62,792 nt of DNA, filler included, from Cercozoa sp. M6MM (GCA_040357565.1; 3 parts of 3 records of this genome joined end to end with filler, not necessarily neighbours in it), one strand, 5' to 3'; shown: positions 29,493 to 41,200, numbered from the whole stretch's first letter. The notes: generated by a model from the letters alone, not told the origin. Made by a program: numbers and translations.

Positions 29493-30343
29493 ATGCTTCG
29501 TGTGGTGCTCGCGTGCCTGGTGGGCATCGCACTGGCGCGGAACGCGCGCGACGTCATCTCGCAGAGTCGGCACAAGGGCGAGGTGCAAGAGCCGTCGTGC
29601 GTCGACTCGCAGGGCCGTGCGGTGGCCTGGTGGTTCCTGTACAAGACGCCGAAGGACTCTTCGGCCTCGTGGCCGCGCAATGAAGGTGGCTACTATGTCG
29701 AGAGGTGCGTTTTCTCCTGTCTGACTCTGCCGCAGTGTCTGGTCTGTACTGTCAGTGCCATGTAGTACCTCGTTGGACCCGTACATGAGGGACGGCATCG
29801 TGTCGCTGGGCGACGCCGAGTCGCCACTGTCGCGCACGACGCTGCCACTCTTCGAGGACGACCTGATCGCGTACCATTTAATGCTTGTGTCCTGTACTGT
29901 TTGAGGGTGTTCCTCTGTGTCTGACCCTCCTCTGTGTCTGCGCATAGGCGCGAAGACACGGCCTTCCTCATGTTCAGCGATCAGCCGCCCGACCGGGATG
30001 CTCCCAGTACGCGTGGTCATGTCAAGGGCTACACCATGTTCGGCGACACGCAGGGCTTCCTGGTGCACCTATGTTATCTATATATACTTGTTTTTCTAGG
30101 CATATAAATATAGTTCTATTTTTATTTTTATGTATCTATATTATATATATATATATGTATGAGGTACAGGTGTCGCACAGTGCGCCGCGTTTCCCGCCGC
30201 GTCGGCCGGGTCCCTACGCCTACGGCGCCGTCGACTACGGCCAGTCCTTCATGTGCGTCACGGTCGGCGTCGACGAGCTCGAGTCGAGTACTGCTGTCTT
30301 TCGCCCCCCCCCCCCCCCGCACACACACACACACACACACACA

Positions 30344-30396
<53 letters not shown>

Positions 30397-31508
30397 ACCC
30401 CTCTACCTACCACACCCCCTGTCCCCCAGTGCTGCACGAGATGCGACGCAACTTTCCCTTCGTGTACGATCACTTTCTGCCTGAGCACCTGAAGAAGAAG
30501 GTGCCGTCGGCCAAGCTGCTAGTCGAGTCGCAGCACCTGCGCGAGGAACCCTACTGGGGTGACGTGCAGGTACCCCTTACCCCCCTATCCCTACCCCCAA
30601 CTCCCTACCCCTCATCCATTGTAGGTATCGCTCGCCCTGCCGAGTGAGAATGTTCCAACAGAAGCAGAAACAACGACAAGTCTGCGCAAACTGCAGCGAC
30701 TGATCCGCGGTGGCAACAGCCTTCCGCGCGGATCCAACAAGCCTGTCGCTCGCCTCGTGTCACGCAGCTCCAAGGTTCCCTGTTTAAGCCCTCTTTTTCT
30801 TACCTCCCTACCTCCCCTCCCACGTGAACAGGGCGGCCAAGATCTCATGTTTTACGAAGACGTTTTGGTCTCGGTGTTCCAGCAGTCGCTGCTGACGCAA
30901 ACCTGGCGGTATACCCCCTATACCTACCCCTTTCCCTTTCCCTTTCCCTTACCCCCCCCCCCCCCCGTAGCAATGGCAGTGGTGGTAAAATGCCGTCGTT
31001 TTGTCCGGTGCCGTCGCTGCAGCAAATGTTCCAGGTGGAGAATATTGAAACGGTGAGACTGCCGGCGCATCTGGGCGACACAGGCGACATCTCGTGGCGG
31101 TACTCCCTCGCCTTCCTGCCTGTATACCTCTACCTGTATGTACCTATCCTCTCTCTCTTGTCTAGTTTCACCAAGGACCATGCCAAGTGGACAGTGTCGA
31201 CTTCTGACGGTACCCCGCCCCCACACCCTTGTTGGTGTACGTGTGTGTGTGTGTACGTGTTACGTGCGTGTATGTTTGTGTGCACCTGTAGCCGCAGTGT
31301 CGGAGCACTGGGTCTGCTCATGCGACGTCAATCGCATGCTGAGTCAGCTCAAGCGCGGTGGCGGCTGTCTCTGCGTTGACGACGTCGCACTGCATCGCCA
31401 GGTACTTGGCCTGTCGACCTGTGACTTAACAAGAGTACCCCCCCCCCCCCCAACACTGTGCAGATGCAGCGCCTTATCGACAGCGTCGAGAGCTGCACCG
31501 ACGCGTGA
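29493..31508 (+). CDS. DNASE2: Deoxyribonuclease II (acid endonuclease), secreted/lysosomal
   Basis: Signal peptide; SCVDSQGRAVAWWFLYKTP; GHVKG; HSAPRFP; YGQSFMCVT; KDHAKWTV; WVCSCDVNRMLSQLKRGGGCLC. Confidence 0.93.
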
Positions 31509-31641
31509 TTTCTTTCGTTTTGCTTGATTTGTCGTTGTGTCGTTGCTACACCCACGCTACCGTACGCTAGCGCGGCGTATCTTGAGAATTTGTATGAACC
31601 GAGCCGTAACTGAAGTATCGGACGCTACTCTGTAACATTTA

Positions 31642-31950
31642 TGTTACCGCATCGCATAGCGTTCGGTTTTTCCTAGCCTGTTCAAGCTTTCTACAGCTCG
31701 CGCACTTTGACTGCAGGGATCTTCTCCAGCTTCCTTCGACGGAGCTCTTGTCCCTTCGCACTTGATACGTTCTGCCGTGATAGTGCTTGGGCTGTTCTTT
31801 TTAATTGCCATCAAGCCTTCGAGCTTTCGACGACCTTTTCTACAAGGGTGTGTCTTCTAATCTCCGCATCGACGCCATTCTAACTGACGTTTTTACTTCC
31901 TTTATTTAGTCGTCTTCAATACCTTAGGTACTGGTTTCCATGCCGTAACA
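31642..31950 (-). mobile_element. 309-bp element with the same family termini (copy A, inverted relative to copy 1)
   Basis: On the plus strand TGTTACCGCAT...ATGCCGTAACA; on the minus strand it starts TGTTACGGCATGG (like the copy-1 left end) and ends TGCGGTAACA. Flanks are TTTA and TTTG (one mismatch). The interior does not align to copy 1. Confidence 0.6.
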
Positions 31951-32352
31951 TTTGACTTTGGACTGTTTCTAATTTCAATATTTCTTTTCGTCTGCGCCGG
32001 CCGCAGCGTTTTGTTTAATATCGTGGTGTCACAGTCTCGTCTGTGCTGTAAACTGACATGATCCGATCGATAATGATTGCAATTATTCAATTCTTCACTT
32101 CGTCCGCCTCCGTTCCTTTCGCAGTACAGTACTGTGCTGTGCAGTTTATAACCACGTGGACCTCAGTCCCACGTGTTAGCTGGAGAGTTCACCCACAAGT
32201 TCACCCACGTTCACCTACAAAGTTCAACGCTAAATTTTCCAATTCTGGCGCGTTTTGTCAAAATTCTGGTCCGTTTCGTCGATGTGACGAGATCCAAGTT
32301 TCTTCGCTGTTCTCCAATTTGTTTCGTTGTTAACTCGCCGTTCGAAACTGTA

Positions 32353-33522
32353 ATGTTGTCACTCGTGTCTGCAGCCATACTTCTTGTGGTTGGGGCACAC
32401 GCCCAGGCACAGCACTCGTCACAAGGTGTCGCAGCACCAGATCTGGACATTCGCACCAAGTTCGCTTCAATCGACAGCACCCTCGACACGGTGATCAAGC
32501 GCCTCACCATGCTCGAGCACGTCGATTCGGCCCCGTCTGCAGGCGCAGGTTGTGCATCTCAGTGCCAGTCCGCTCTCAATGCCAAGGCAACGCATCTTTG
32601 CCCGAAGGTAGGCACTTTTGTTACATTAATATTTGCTGATAATGTCATTTTACTGCACTGACAGTGGTGCACCGGAATCTCAAGCAAGCCTTCGGTGGCA
32701 CTGGCGATTGGAGTCACTCCCAAATCTGGAAATGCACTGACGGTGGAAACAACTTCGTGCATCTTCAACAGCATCTTCAGCATCATCGGCGATTACTACA
32801 TTGGTGGTCCGTTTAACGGAAACGGCTTGTTTGTTCCTGGTGGAGACCACTCAGGGTATTTACATACAGAAAAAAGAAAAACAGCTGTTTCAATTTCACG
32901 ACTGACTTCTGCTATTCTGTTACTACTGTATCTGTTCAGACTCCTCGGCTTCCGAGTTCCCGTGGTGCGAAAAGCGACCAAGGTGCGAGCCTCCCTGCGT
33001 ATCGGTGTTGACGGAATCGTTCGCGACAACGACAAGGTACGCTTCATTCTCGCCAGTGTCGACGACATGTCGCTTCCCAAACTGATGCGCGACCTGGCCG
33101 AGAGCGACTTCCCACTTGTGCAAGTTGCACGTCCGGACTCGTGTGCCGAAGACGGTCACATCGTGGGACAGCTTCTCAACAAGGGCCTCCGCGGAGAGCA
33201 AGAGCTGGTCAAAGTGCAAACTGAGGGAGCACTACTTGACATCGATTTGTCCAAGGAAGTGCAATACCTCGTCATGCAGAAGGACTGGCAGTTCAACAAC
33301 ATGCTCATGGTGATGCTCACCATGGTTAACGCTGCCGGTGAAGTGCAGAATAACGGTGTCTTCCCTGCACCTGAGCCCAACGAACCCGATCCGTACTTGG
33401 GACTTCCTGTCCAAGACGGTCCGTTCCCAGCAGTTACGCCGTCGGAACTTCTGCTAAAGTTCATGCGCCCTGCTGCTGCTCCTGCCTTGTGGCAGTATGC
33501 TCCGGTAGCGCACTACAACTGA
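32353..33522 (+). CDS. Secreted protein with N-terminal coiled segment, Cys motif and C-terminal DNRLRE/CBM96-like beta domain; possible transposon cargo
   Basis: Signal peptide MLSLVSAAILLVVGAHAQ; two introns (about 32608-32663 and 32856-32939). GFRVPVVRKATKVRASLRI...DIDLSKEVQYLVMQKDWQFNNMLMVML...SELLLKF resembles the bacterial extracellular domain pattern F..IP.GA.I..A.L...DL...VQ..V...W..GN.L. Confidence 0.75.
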
Positions 33523-33665
33523 TGCGAACACTCGAGTGGCTGTACGCATTTGAAGAACGACTCATGTCTGCATGACTGAACATGAAAACAGTCAAACTCG
33601 AAAAGTAAGGTCCCGCCGTATCGACAAAGTAGTTGCAAGACCTATTCAGTACTATTAAGTACGAC

Positions 33666-33975
33666 TGTTTAAGTGTTGTGTGCGTTGTCTTCGCACTTCC
33701 CTCCACCGTGATCATCACGGCGCGTCATCCTATCGTATCTACAGTAAAATCATCTGGCCGGTGACTTTCCTTTCTACAGTCACAGCATCTGGCGGTGTCC
33801 GCCAGTGCTTTGCCGCCCAACTGAACCGTTGGGATAACTCACTTTTTCAAACTGCCACTTGGCCACTCTCCCTCCAAGAACAGACTTCCTTACGTTCCTT
33901 GTAGTTTTTTTGTATCACTGGCAAAGTACCCTCAATCTACCAAGGCCTGATCCCTATCTGAGGGCTGCGGTAACA
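33666..33975 (+). mobile_element. ~310-bp element (copy B), homologous to copy 1, with a degenerate left end
   Basis: Near-identical blocks CAGTGCTTTGCCGCCCAACTGAACCGTTGGG.TAACTCACT and AAGTACCCTCAAT.TACCAAGGCCTGATCCCTATCTGA..GGGCTGCGGTAACA shared with 2179-2312, plus two insertions. Followed by TTTA. The left boundary is tentative. Confidence 0.75.
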
Positions 33976-33981
33976 TTTACG

Positions 33982-34964
33982 TTAGTCATCATCGGCACCG
34001 GAGCGGACGGCACAGATATTGCACGCATAGGCGCAGAAGTATAGCAAGATTCCGAGCAGCATGAAGGCAAAGCCAACCACCACGGGTAGCAGAGGGAAAC
34101 ACAGCTACCACACACACACACACAAAGAACAGTGCCAGTGCATCTCACGAACAGAGGAAATACCAACGTAATCAACAAGGCTTGAAAAAGTCGTTCGCGA
34201 TCGCGAAACTCGGAGCGCGTCGACGTGGCATCGCGCATGATGGCGACACTGCGCGCGGCCGGGTACGGGTGCGCATCGATCAACTGTCTGGCCTCTTCTT
34301 CGGTGTACTTGATGTCTGCGCATACATTATTCCACTCCCATACCGCAGCTGGGAAGGGCAGTCACACACACCATCACTGTCAAAATCGACTTCGATCACG
34401 AACTGCGGCAGCGAGTCGCATGCGCCAATAAACCACACTGGGGCAGCACGGTTTGTCATGTCTGCCAAGTACCGTTGCACACACACCATATACCACTCAC
34501 ACACACACATACACACACATATATATACATATATATATATATATCTATATACATATGGATATGTATAACATTATGCATATGGATACGAATAATATATATG
34601 CATATGGATATGTATATGAGTAAGTACCCGACGAAAGCAGAGGGCACACATCGTCGCCGAAGCCAGCAGAGACACCACGTGTCAACTCGAGCAGGATGCG
34701 GCGGTTGTCGGCATCGCGCGACAGCACAGCAGCCACCGAGTCGACGCGACTGCGCCGGTCCACCAGTCGCTCGAAGCGCAGGACGTCGCGACCGCCTTGC
34801 GTGTACATGACAGGCACCAGGATGCACGCAAAGAAGTCGGCCACACCCACTGCCAGCAGCATCATTGACAGCATCGTCCACTTCGCCGATTGCTGAAGGT
34901 GGGAATACAAGGCGGGATAAGACACAGATATGGATATCTAATAGTGATATGTGGGTAGAGAGAC

Positions 34965-35011
<47 letters not shown>

Positions 35012-35021
35012 NNNNNNNNNN

Positions 35022-35069
<48 letters not shown>

Positions 35070-35842
35070 GATAGAATAAGAACAGAAGAATATATGAGAG
35101 ATAGAGCAAAGAGCACCGCATCGGCGCCAGGTTCCGGCATCCAGCGTGCCTGTAGAAAGCGCCCAGCGGCCAGCACCGGCGCAAAGATCGCCAGTGTCAC
35201 CACGAAGGCCGTCAGACCAAAGGCCGTGTCCGACCAGTCCTCGTGCGACCTGGCTAGTTCGTCGGTTGCGAACACTGAACCAACCACGAGGCCGTAGGCA
35301 GGACTGAAGAGGATGCCGAGTATCACGGCGATTGAGATGCCGACGCACAGCCACATGAAAAAACTCCCTGTCTGTGCAGGGAGCGAGAAAGATACCGTAG
35401 AAATAAAGGATTAAACAATAGTAGGTGGGGACCCAGCGTGCACAGCGATTCTCTCGTTCTTGCCGCAACGCTTCTTGCCTTCTCTGCTTTGCCAAAGCTG
35501 AGTTGCTTTCAGTTCCTTGCCAAGTGTGGTACCTGTTCAATCTGCTCGGGAGAGCGCTCGGTTTCTGCTGCTTCCTGCTGCTCCTGCTGTCGCATCGCTT
35601 CTTCATCAAAGCTACGCATCCACAAGACTTACAATGCAAAAACACAGGAAAAAGGGCGCGTGTGAATCATCGTACCCATCTACTGACACTGTGTCGCTCT
35701 CATTGTCGGTGAAATCTTCGTCATTAAAGATGATTGCCGGCACCTCTACGTGGCACATAAAGGAATCAAGGTTCGGAGGAAGGAATTAAGGTGGAAACGC
35801 ACTTAGGACTTGCTGCACTCTTCCCAGAACGGCCTGGGCCAT
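33982..35842 (-). CDS. Hypothetical multi-pass membrane protein
   Basis: Spliced from MAQAVLGRVQQV; hydrophobic helices WLCVGISIAVILGILFSP, AFGLTAFVVTLAIFAP and WTMLSMMLLAVGVADFFACILVP; ends AVRSGADDD* at 33982. Confidence 0.55.
34966..35068. repeat. (TAGA)n microsatellite with 10-N gap, intronic
   Basis: Direct reading. Confidence 0.95.
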
Positions 35843-36171
35843 CGTCTCAAGCCCTGGTCGTGTGTTAGAATCTGACCGATGGAGCAATCTGGGTCGACAA
35901 AAAACGTACCCAGAACTCCTTGCACCTCTCACAAAAGACAGACCTTGTTGCTATTGCAGTAATGCACGCCAATGCACACGCCGGAGATGCGATATGGAAA
36001 GTCTTTGAAGTGAGTCAAAACTCTGACGGTTTGTGTTAGAAAACAGTTTTTCATGGTGTTGGTATGGCAGCCCGTAACGCACAACATAACAACGTCTAAT
36101 CAATCAGAGCCAATACAGGATATGATTAATTTCCGAGGCATTTTGGTTCCAACGACACACAAGAGCCAACT

Positions 36172-37917
36172 TCAGAAGCGCCGGCCGCGCTGGTGCTTGA
36201 AGCGCGCGTTACCGTCGGCCCAGACCTGCGCCGACACGACGCCTTGCTGTTCCAAAAAGTCACGCAGCAGCTGCCGGCCCACGCGCAGGCCTCTGCACAT
36301 TATATTACATATATATATATATATATATAGTGTATGTCCAGAGGAAAGTTACGCATTGTTGATGCGTCGGTGCAGCCAGTCAAAGTTGACAGGTTGCAGC
36401 GTCACAATCTGGTCGTAGACACGCGTGTCCGCGCGGATCCACGCGCGCAGTCGGTCAGTGATACTCAAGTTCTCACTGCCGTTGTCGCAGTTGCCGTTGC
36501 TATGCGTGTCGAAGGCGTCGTCAGTGGCCTCGACGTAGAAGACCTCCTTGCGCGGCACGGCGTGCCGGAAGGCAAAGACCTGCAGCAGCACGAGACGCGC
36601 CTGCCTCTTGGAGAGCGACTTCTTGATCCCGTACTGCGCCAGGAGTTCCTGCAGCTGCGTCAGGTCCTTCGACATCACCTTGTCCTTCTCGGCAAAGAAG
36701 TCGCTGCTGACAGTGACAGCGAAACGCTCCTCGCGCACCATGCGTTTCTCCTGCCGCCTCGGCTCCCCGCTTCTGCTCGTGCTTTCGCCGACTTCAGCTT
36801 CTTCAGTCTCGCTCTCTTGCACGTCTGCAATCATACAGTCTTCCCATGACCCTCTCTGCTTTAGTGAGTGTACCGTTGGTGGTGACGTCGACGTAGTCGG
36901 CATGGAAGGTATCGTTGCACAGATCGATGCGTGCAATGCCGTCGTCGGATTGACTGTCGTCGTCGTCGTTGAACTGAAAGTTCGCCTCGTCCAGGTCTGC
37001 ACACAGGGCAGAGGAGATACGCGGGACTTGATACGAAGACCACAGGATCCAATGAGTCTACCAGAAGGCATGTGGAACGAAGGCACATCGAGTGACAGAT
37101 CAAAGATTTCGTCGTCCTTGTCGTTGTCGTCGTGGAAGCTCTGTGCCTCGTGTACTTGCTGCTGCTGCTGCTGCTGCTGCTGTTGTTGTTGTTGTTGTTG
37201 GTGTTGTTGCGGTTGTTGTTGGTGTTGTTGGTGTTGTTGGTGTTGTTGCTGCGAGGAAGCAGAGGTCTGCTGCGAGAAGGGCAGTCGGGTGCCGCCCATG
37301 ATGTGCTCGTAGCGTTGTTGCCGCATGCGTTGTTGCGAGGGCCTTGTCTCAGGCACCAGCACGTCACCTGTGGTTGGTCTCGCGTGCAGCTCGGCACTCA
37401 TGTCAAGTTGACTCAGATCGATCAGGTCCTCCTCCGCGTCCGATTCAACATTGGACCGAGCGATCACAGCGCTCTTGCTTCGCTCGATCGCTTTCGCTTC
37501 AAAGTGACTTGCTTCGAGGTGTGCTGCTTCGAAGTGACTTCTTTCGAAGTGACTTGCTTCAACTGCTTCGAAGTGATTTGTTTCGCCTGCTGCGAAGTGT
37601 TCTTCAACGTGATCGTTCGCGTCGCTTTGCAGAGGCTGATGCATTTCGATGAGTTTCTCTTCGAGCAGTTGCACTTCGTTGAATCGCGAACGGAACTGAG
37701 ACCGCTCGAAGCGTCGTTTCGCCACCGGACTCGAGAACTGCGAGAGCTCTGGGTCACTCGTGCTCCGTGTGAGTGCGCCGAGTTGATGCTGCGCCCAAGG
37801 CGTCTTGCAGTCGCGCTCACCGTCACTGTCGTCGACTACCATGAGGTCGCAGTTCGTAGGCATGTCGATGCGCCGCCGCTTGGCGCACGGCGTCGTGAGA
37901 TCCACCAACTCCTCCAT
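36172..37917 (-). CDS. SLX4: SLX4-like structure-specific endonuclease scaffold (may start further upstream, near 38104)
   Basis: SAP-like DLTQLQELLAQYGIKKSLSKRQARLVLLQVF; C-terminal CCD LRAWIRADTRVYDQIVTLQPVNFDWL...LRDFLEQQGV; poly-Q tract; SIM-like LVDLT/LIDLS. Confidence 0.75.
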
Positions 37918-38260
37918 CTCGCGCCTGCGCAATCCCAAACACAGATCAAGCCCGCCAAAAAGGAAACAGCGCAACACACAATCAGCATGAGGAGATGCTA
38001 TACAAGTGTAATTACAGTCCAGCAAAGCGTAAAAGAACTCTGCTAGATGTCAAGTTGGGACCTGATTTTCGAGTACAGCAACTCTGAATTTTCGAGTCAG
38101 CCATGCAGATGCGGATGCAGTGCAGGCAGAAACGGCACAGAAAGAACAATCGGTCTTGCGACACTACGTTAAATTTGCTAGCAAAGCATCCCAAAGCACT
38201 TGTAGATCATTGAACGGAACGCAGTCGACGACTTGCAAAACTCACAAGCGATTTAATCAG

Positions 38261-41200
38261 TCACTTGACCTGCGCAAGCAGGCGCTGCTTGGCCACCAGC
38301 TTTCGGCGCAGCGCAGCAATTCGACCCCTGTCAGCGCAGTGATGACAATAGACTTGAAGTTAAAGCTCCGGTCGGAAAGAAGAAAAGCTGTACTTGCTCA
38401 AGGCGGGAATCTGGAGCTGTTCGCTAATTTCGCGAATCTGCTGCTCGATCTCGGCGATCTGTTGAGGATCGCCCCTCTTGTGCACGTTTACCTGTGTAGA
38501 AAAGAGCAACGCGTTGCTATGTGCGGCAGGAATTCAGCAGGAGTACCGGCTGTGCGTGCGGAGGAGTGCCGAAAAGCGAAAAGCTCTGCGTGCCGCCCGG
38601 TTGCTGTTGCACACGCACGGAAGGTCGGCTTTGACTGCCATGACCAGCGGTGGCGGGTCCACTCGCATCGGCGTACGCAGCATGCGAGTGCAGGCCATGC
38701 TGTGTGCGGTTCGGCACGGCGTTTTCGCCCGTTGCGGCGTGCGCGTGGTTGCGTTCTTGACGGTGGTGCTGCACTGATCGGTGCTGCTGCTGCGCGCGCT
38801 GCTGCAACTCCGGCTGCTGACGGAAGATGGAAAAGTGCTGCTCGCCTCCGGGTCGGTGATTCACACGCACCGAAGGGCGGTTTTGACGGCCATGCCCGGC
38901 CGTCACTGGGCCAGCACCGGAGGCAAACGCCTGATGATGCTGTTGGTGCTGTTGGCGCTGCTGTTGGTGCTGTTGGCGCTGCTGTTGTTGGTGCTGATCG
39001 AGCTGATGCTGTTGGTGACTAAGCCGATGCTGATGCTGTTGGTGTTGCCGCTGGTGCTGCTGCTCGTGGTACTGATGACGGAAGTCGTGCTGCTGGTGTT
39101 GGTGATGTTGCTGTTGCGACTGCTGCGGCTGTTGCTGCTGCTGGAACGACTGTGATTGCGAATCCGGTAGTTGTGAAACACCTCCAAATAAGGAGAAACT
39201 TTGCGTGCCGCCTGGCTGTTGGGCAACGCGCACAGATGGTCGATTCTGTCGTCCCACTGCAGCGGTGACCGGACCGACGCCGAACTGCTCGCTGCTCTCA
39301 TTTCGCATCATGTGCTCTTCACGCTGCAAGATCGCAGCTTCTTCTGGACTCGGACCTCTTTCACGCAGGGATTGGAGAATACTTCCAACACCACGAGCAA
39401 TCACCTGAAACAACATCATTATTTCAACTGAACGTCCACATATGGTGAACAACATACGTTCTGACGAAGGGTGCGAAGAGGATTGCCAGTAACAGCCAGC
39501 GATCTCAATGGCAAAGTCGACAGCACAAAGGGCAACTAACAACACAATTCCAACTACAAACATGTCAAAGGAAAGGTAAAGTGAAGATACGAAACGCAAG
39601 GCGTTATTGTCGACAGCCACTGGGCAAAGGTTAAAATACAGAAAGTCCAGAAAAAAACCGAAAACTGAAAAAAATCCTTCAAGCAAAGTAAGGGCTTACG
39701 CTGAGTCAACTGCGAGTGACGCACAAAGATGGCAGGGTCCAAACGCTCCAAGCTGTTGTTCGAAAGCTGCAAGCACAGGGTGAGCGATTGAATTTGTGCT
39801 TCCGCGCGGAAACCGAAAATACCCACAGACTGTACAACTTATTTGAAGGAATTAAGTACCCACAGAGTGTACAACGAATGGCCGAACGCACAAAGGCCAG
39901 CGCTGAGCAGATTGCTTGAGATTCGATTGCCCGACAGAGTCAGTTCGCGTAGCTGGAGTGGTGCAAGGGCAAAAGGCGACAAAATCAAAATAACGTAGTG
40001 CTCGAAAAGAAAGCTACCTGAGAGCAGCAAGGAACGAAAAGCGGCACACGCGTCAGACCAGAAGATGAAAGATCGAGCGTTGTCAGGTGCTGCACGAGCG
40101 GCACATTGCGCGCGGCCTGACGCAGCTGCGAGATGATGTTCTGCGGGTTGGCTGTCTGTTGCAGTCCGGATTGAACGGCCTGCGCGAGCTGCGCGTTCTC
40201 GGGCGAGTGGCGCACGATAGCATCCAGAAACTCGCGGTCCAGCTGGTCGCACGCAAGACGGCACGATGAAAGCGACAGCTCACTCACGGGCAAGTCCCAG
40301 ACCTGTCAACTCAATAAATCACTTTGCATACACCAAAGGAACAGTTTACTCAGCGAAAGGTACAGGAGCGGGAATGCCATGAATGTTATAATTCTTGCTG
40401 AGAACGACGCTTTTGATGCGATTGCACTGCCGGATGCCGTCGGGGAGCGAACACAAACGGTTGTTGTGCAGGTCCACACGCTCGATTTGCGTCAGTGTCG
40501 CGAAAAGAGCGTCGGAGAGTCGTTCGAGACCGGCGTCTCGGAGCAGCAGTTTTCGCGAGTGTTCGGCACGTCGCTTGGCCACCAGTTCGACCGCAGTGAG
40601 AGCTGGGACAACAATAAACCCAATAAACCAAAAACTGCACTAGGCAAGAGCACATGGTACCTTCTTCCTCCGTGGCGACCGGGATGCCCATGCCACTGCT
40701 GTTGCTTCGCGAGTGCGCCGCTTGTGCATCTTGCACGCGCGAGCACAGGTACTGCTTTAGCTTGGCCATCGATTGAACCGCCAGCAGCAGCGCTCGCTTC
40801 ATGCGGCGCATGGGATTGCCGTCCACGTGCAGTGCGTGCAGCGACTGCACGAAACCAAGCTCGCCGGGTACTTCCTCCAGCGCGTTGTTCCGCAGATCGA
40901 TCACGCGGATCATCGGCATTGATGCCAACGAAGCAGGCACGTGTTGCAGGTCGTTATCTGACAGCTGCAAACCGTGTCTTCACTGGCAGAGCATACGAGA
41001 CAAGACGAGCAGTACCGACAGATGCACAAGGGCCGGCAGTTGCGACAAATCATCGCCGAGTTGCGCCAGTTTGTTGCGTGCAGCGACCAGTCGCGTCAGG
41101 GCGATGTTTCCACTTCCCAGTGCGGGTAGCTACGACAGACGAAACATCATTTTTGCACAGTGTCGGTCGTAAGCTAAGCTCACCGAAGTCAGCGCATTGT

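Noticed and set aside
31642-33975. Intact LTR retrotransposon (two ~310-bp LTRs)
   Set aside because: The two units are not colinear direct repeats, and no gag/pol, PBS or PPT is evident.
33966-33986. Integron attC-like site (TAAC/GTTAG overlapping a stop codon)
   Set aside because: Only the short core matches; there are no L boxes, cassette array or integrase.
36334-39155. Long plus-strand ORFs (poly-C/L/V)
   Set aside because: Antisense shadows of the GC-rich SLX4 and LRR poly-Q exons.
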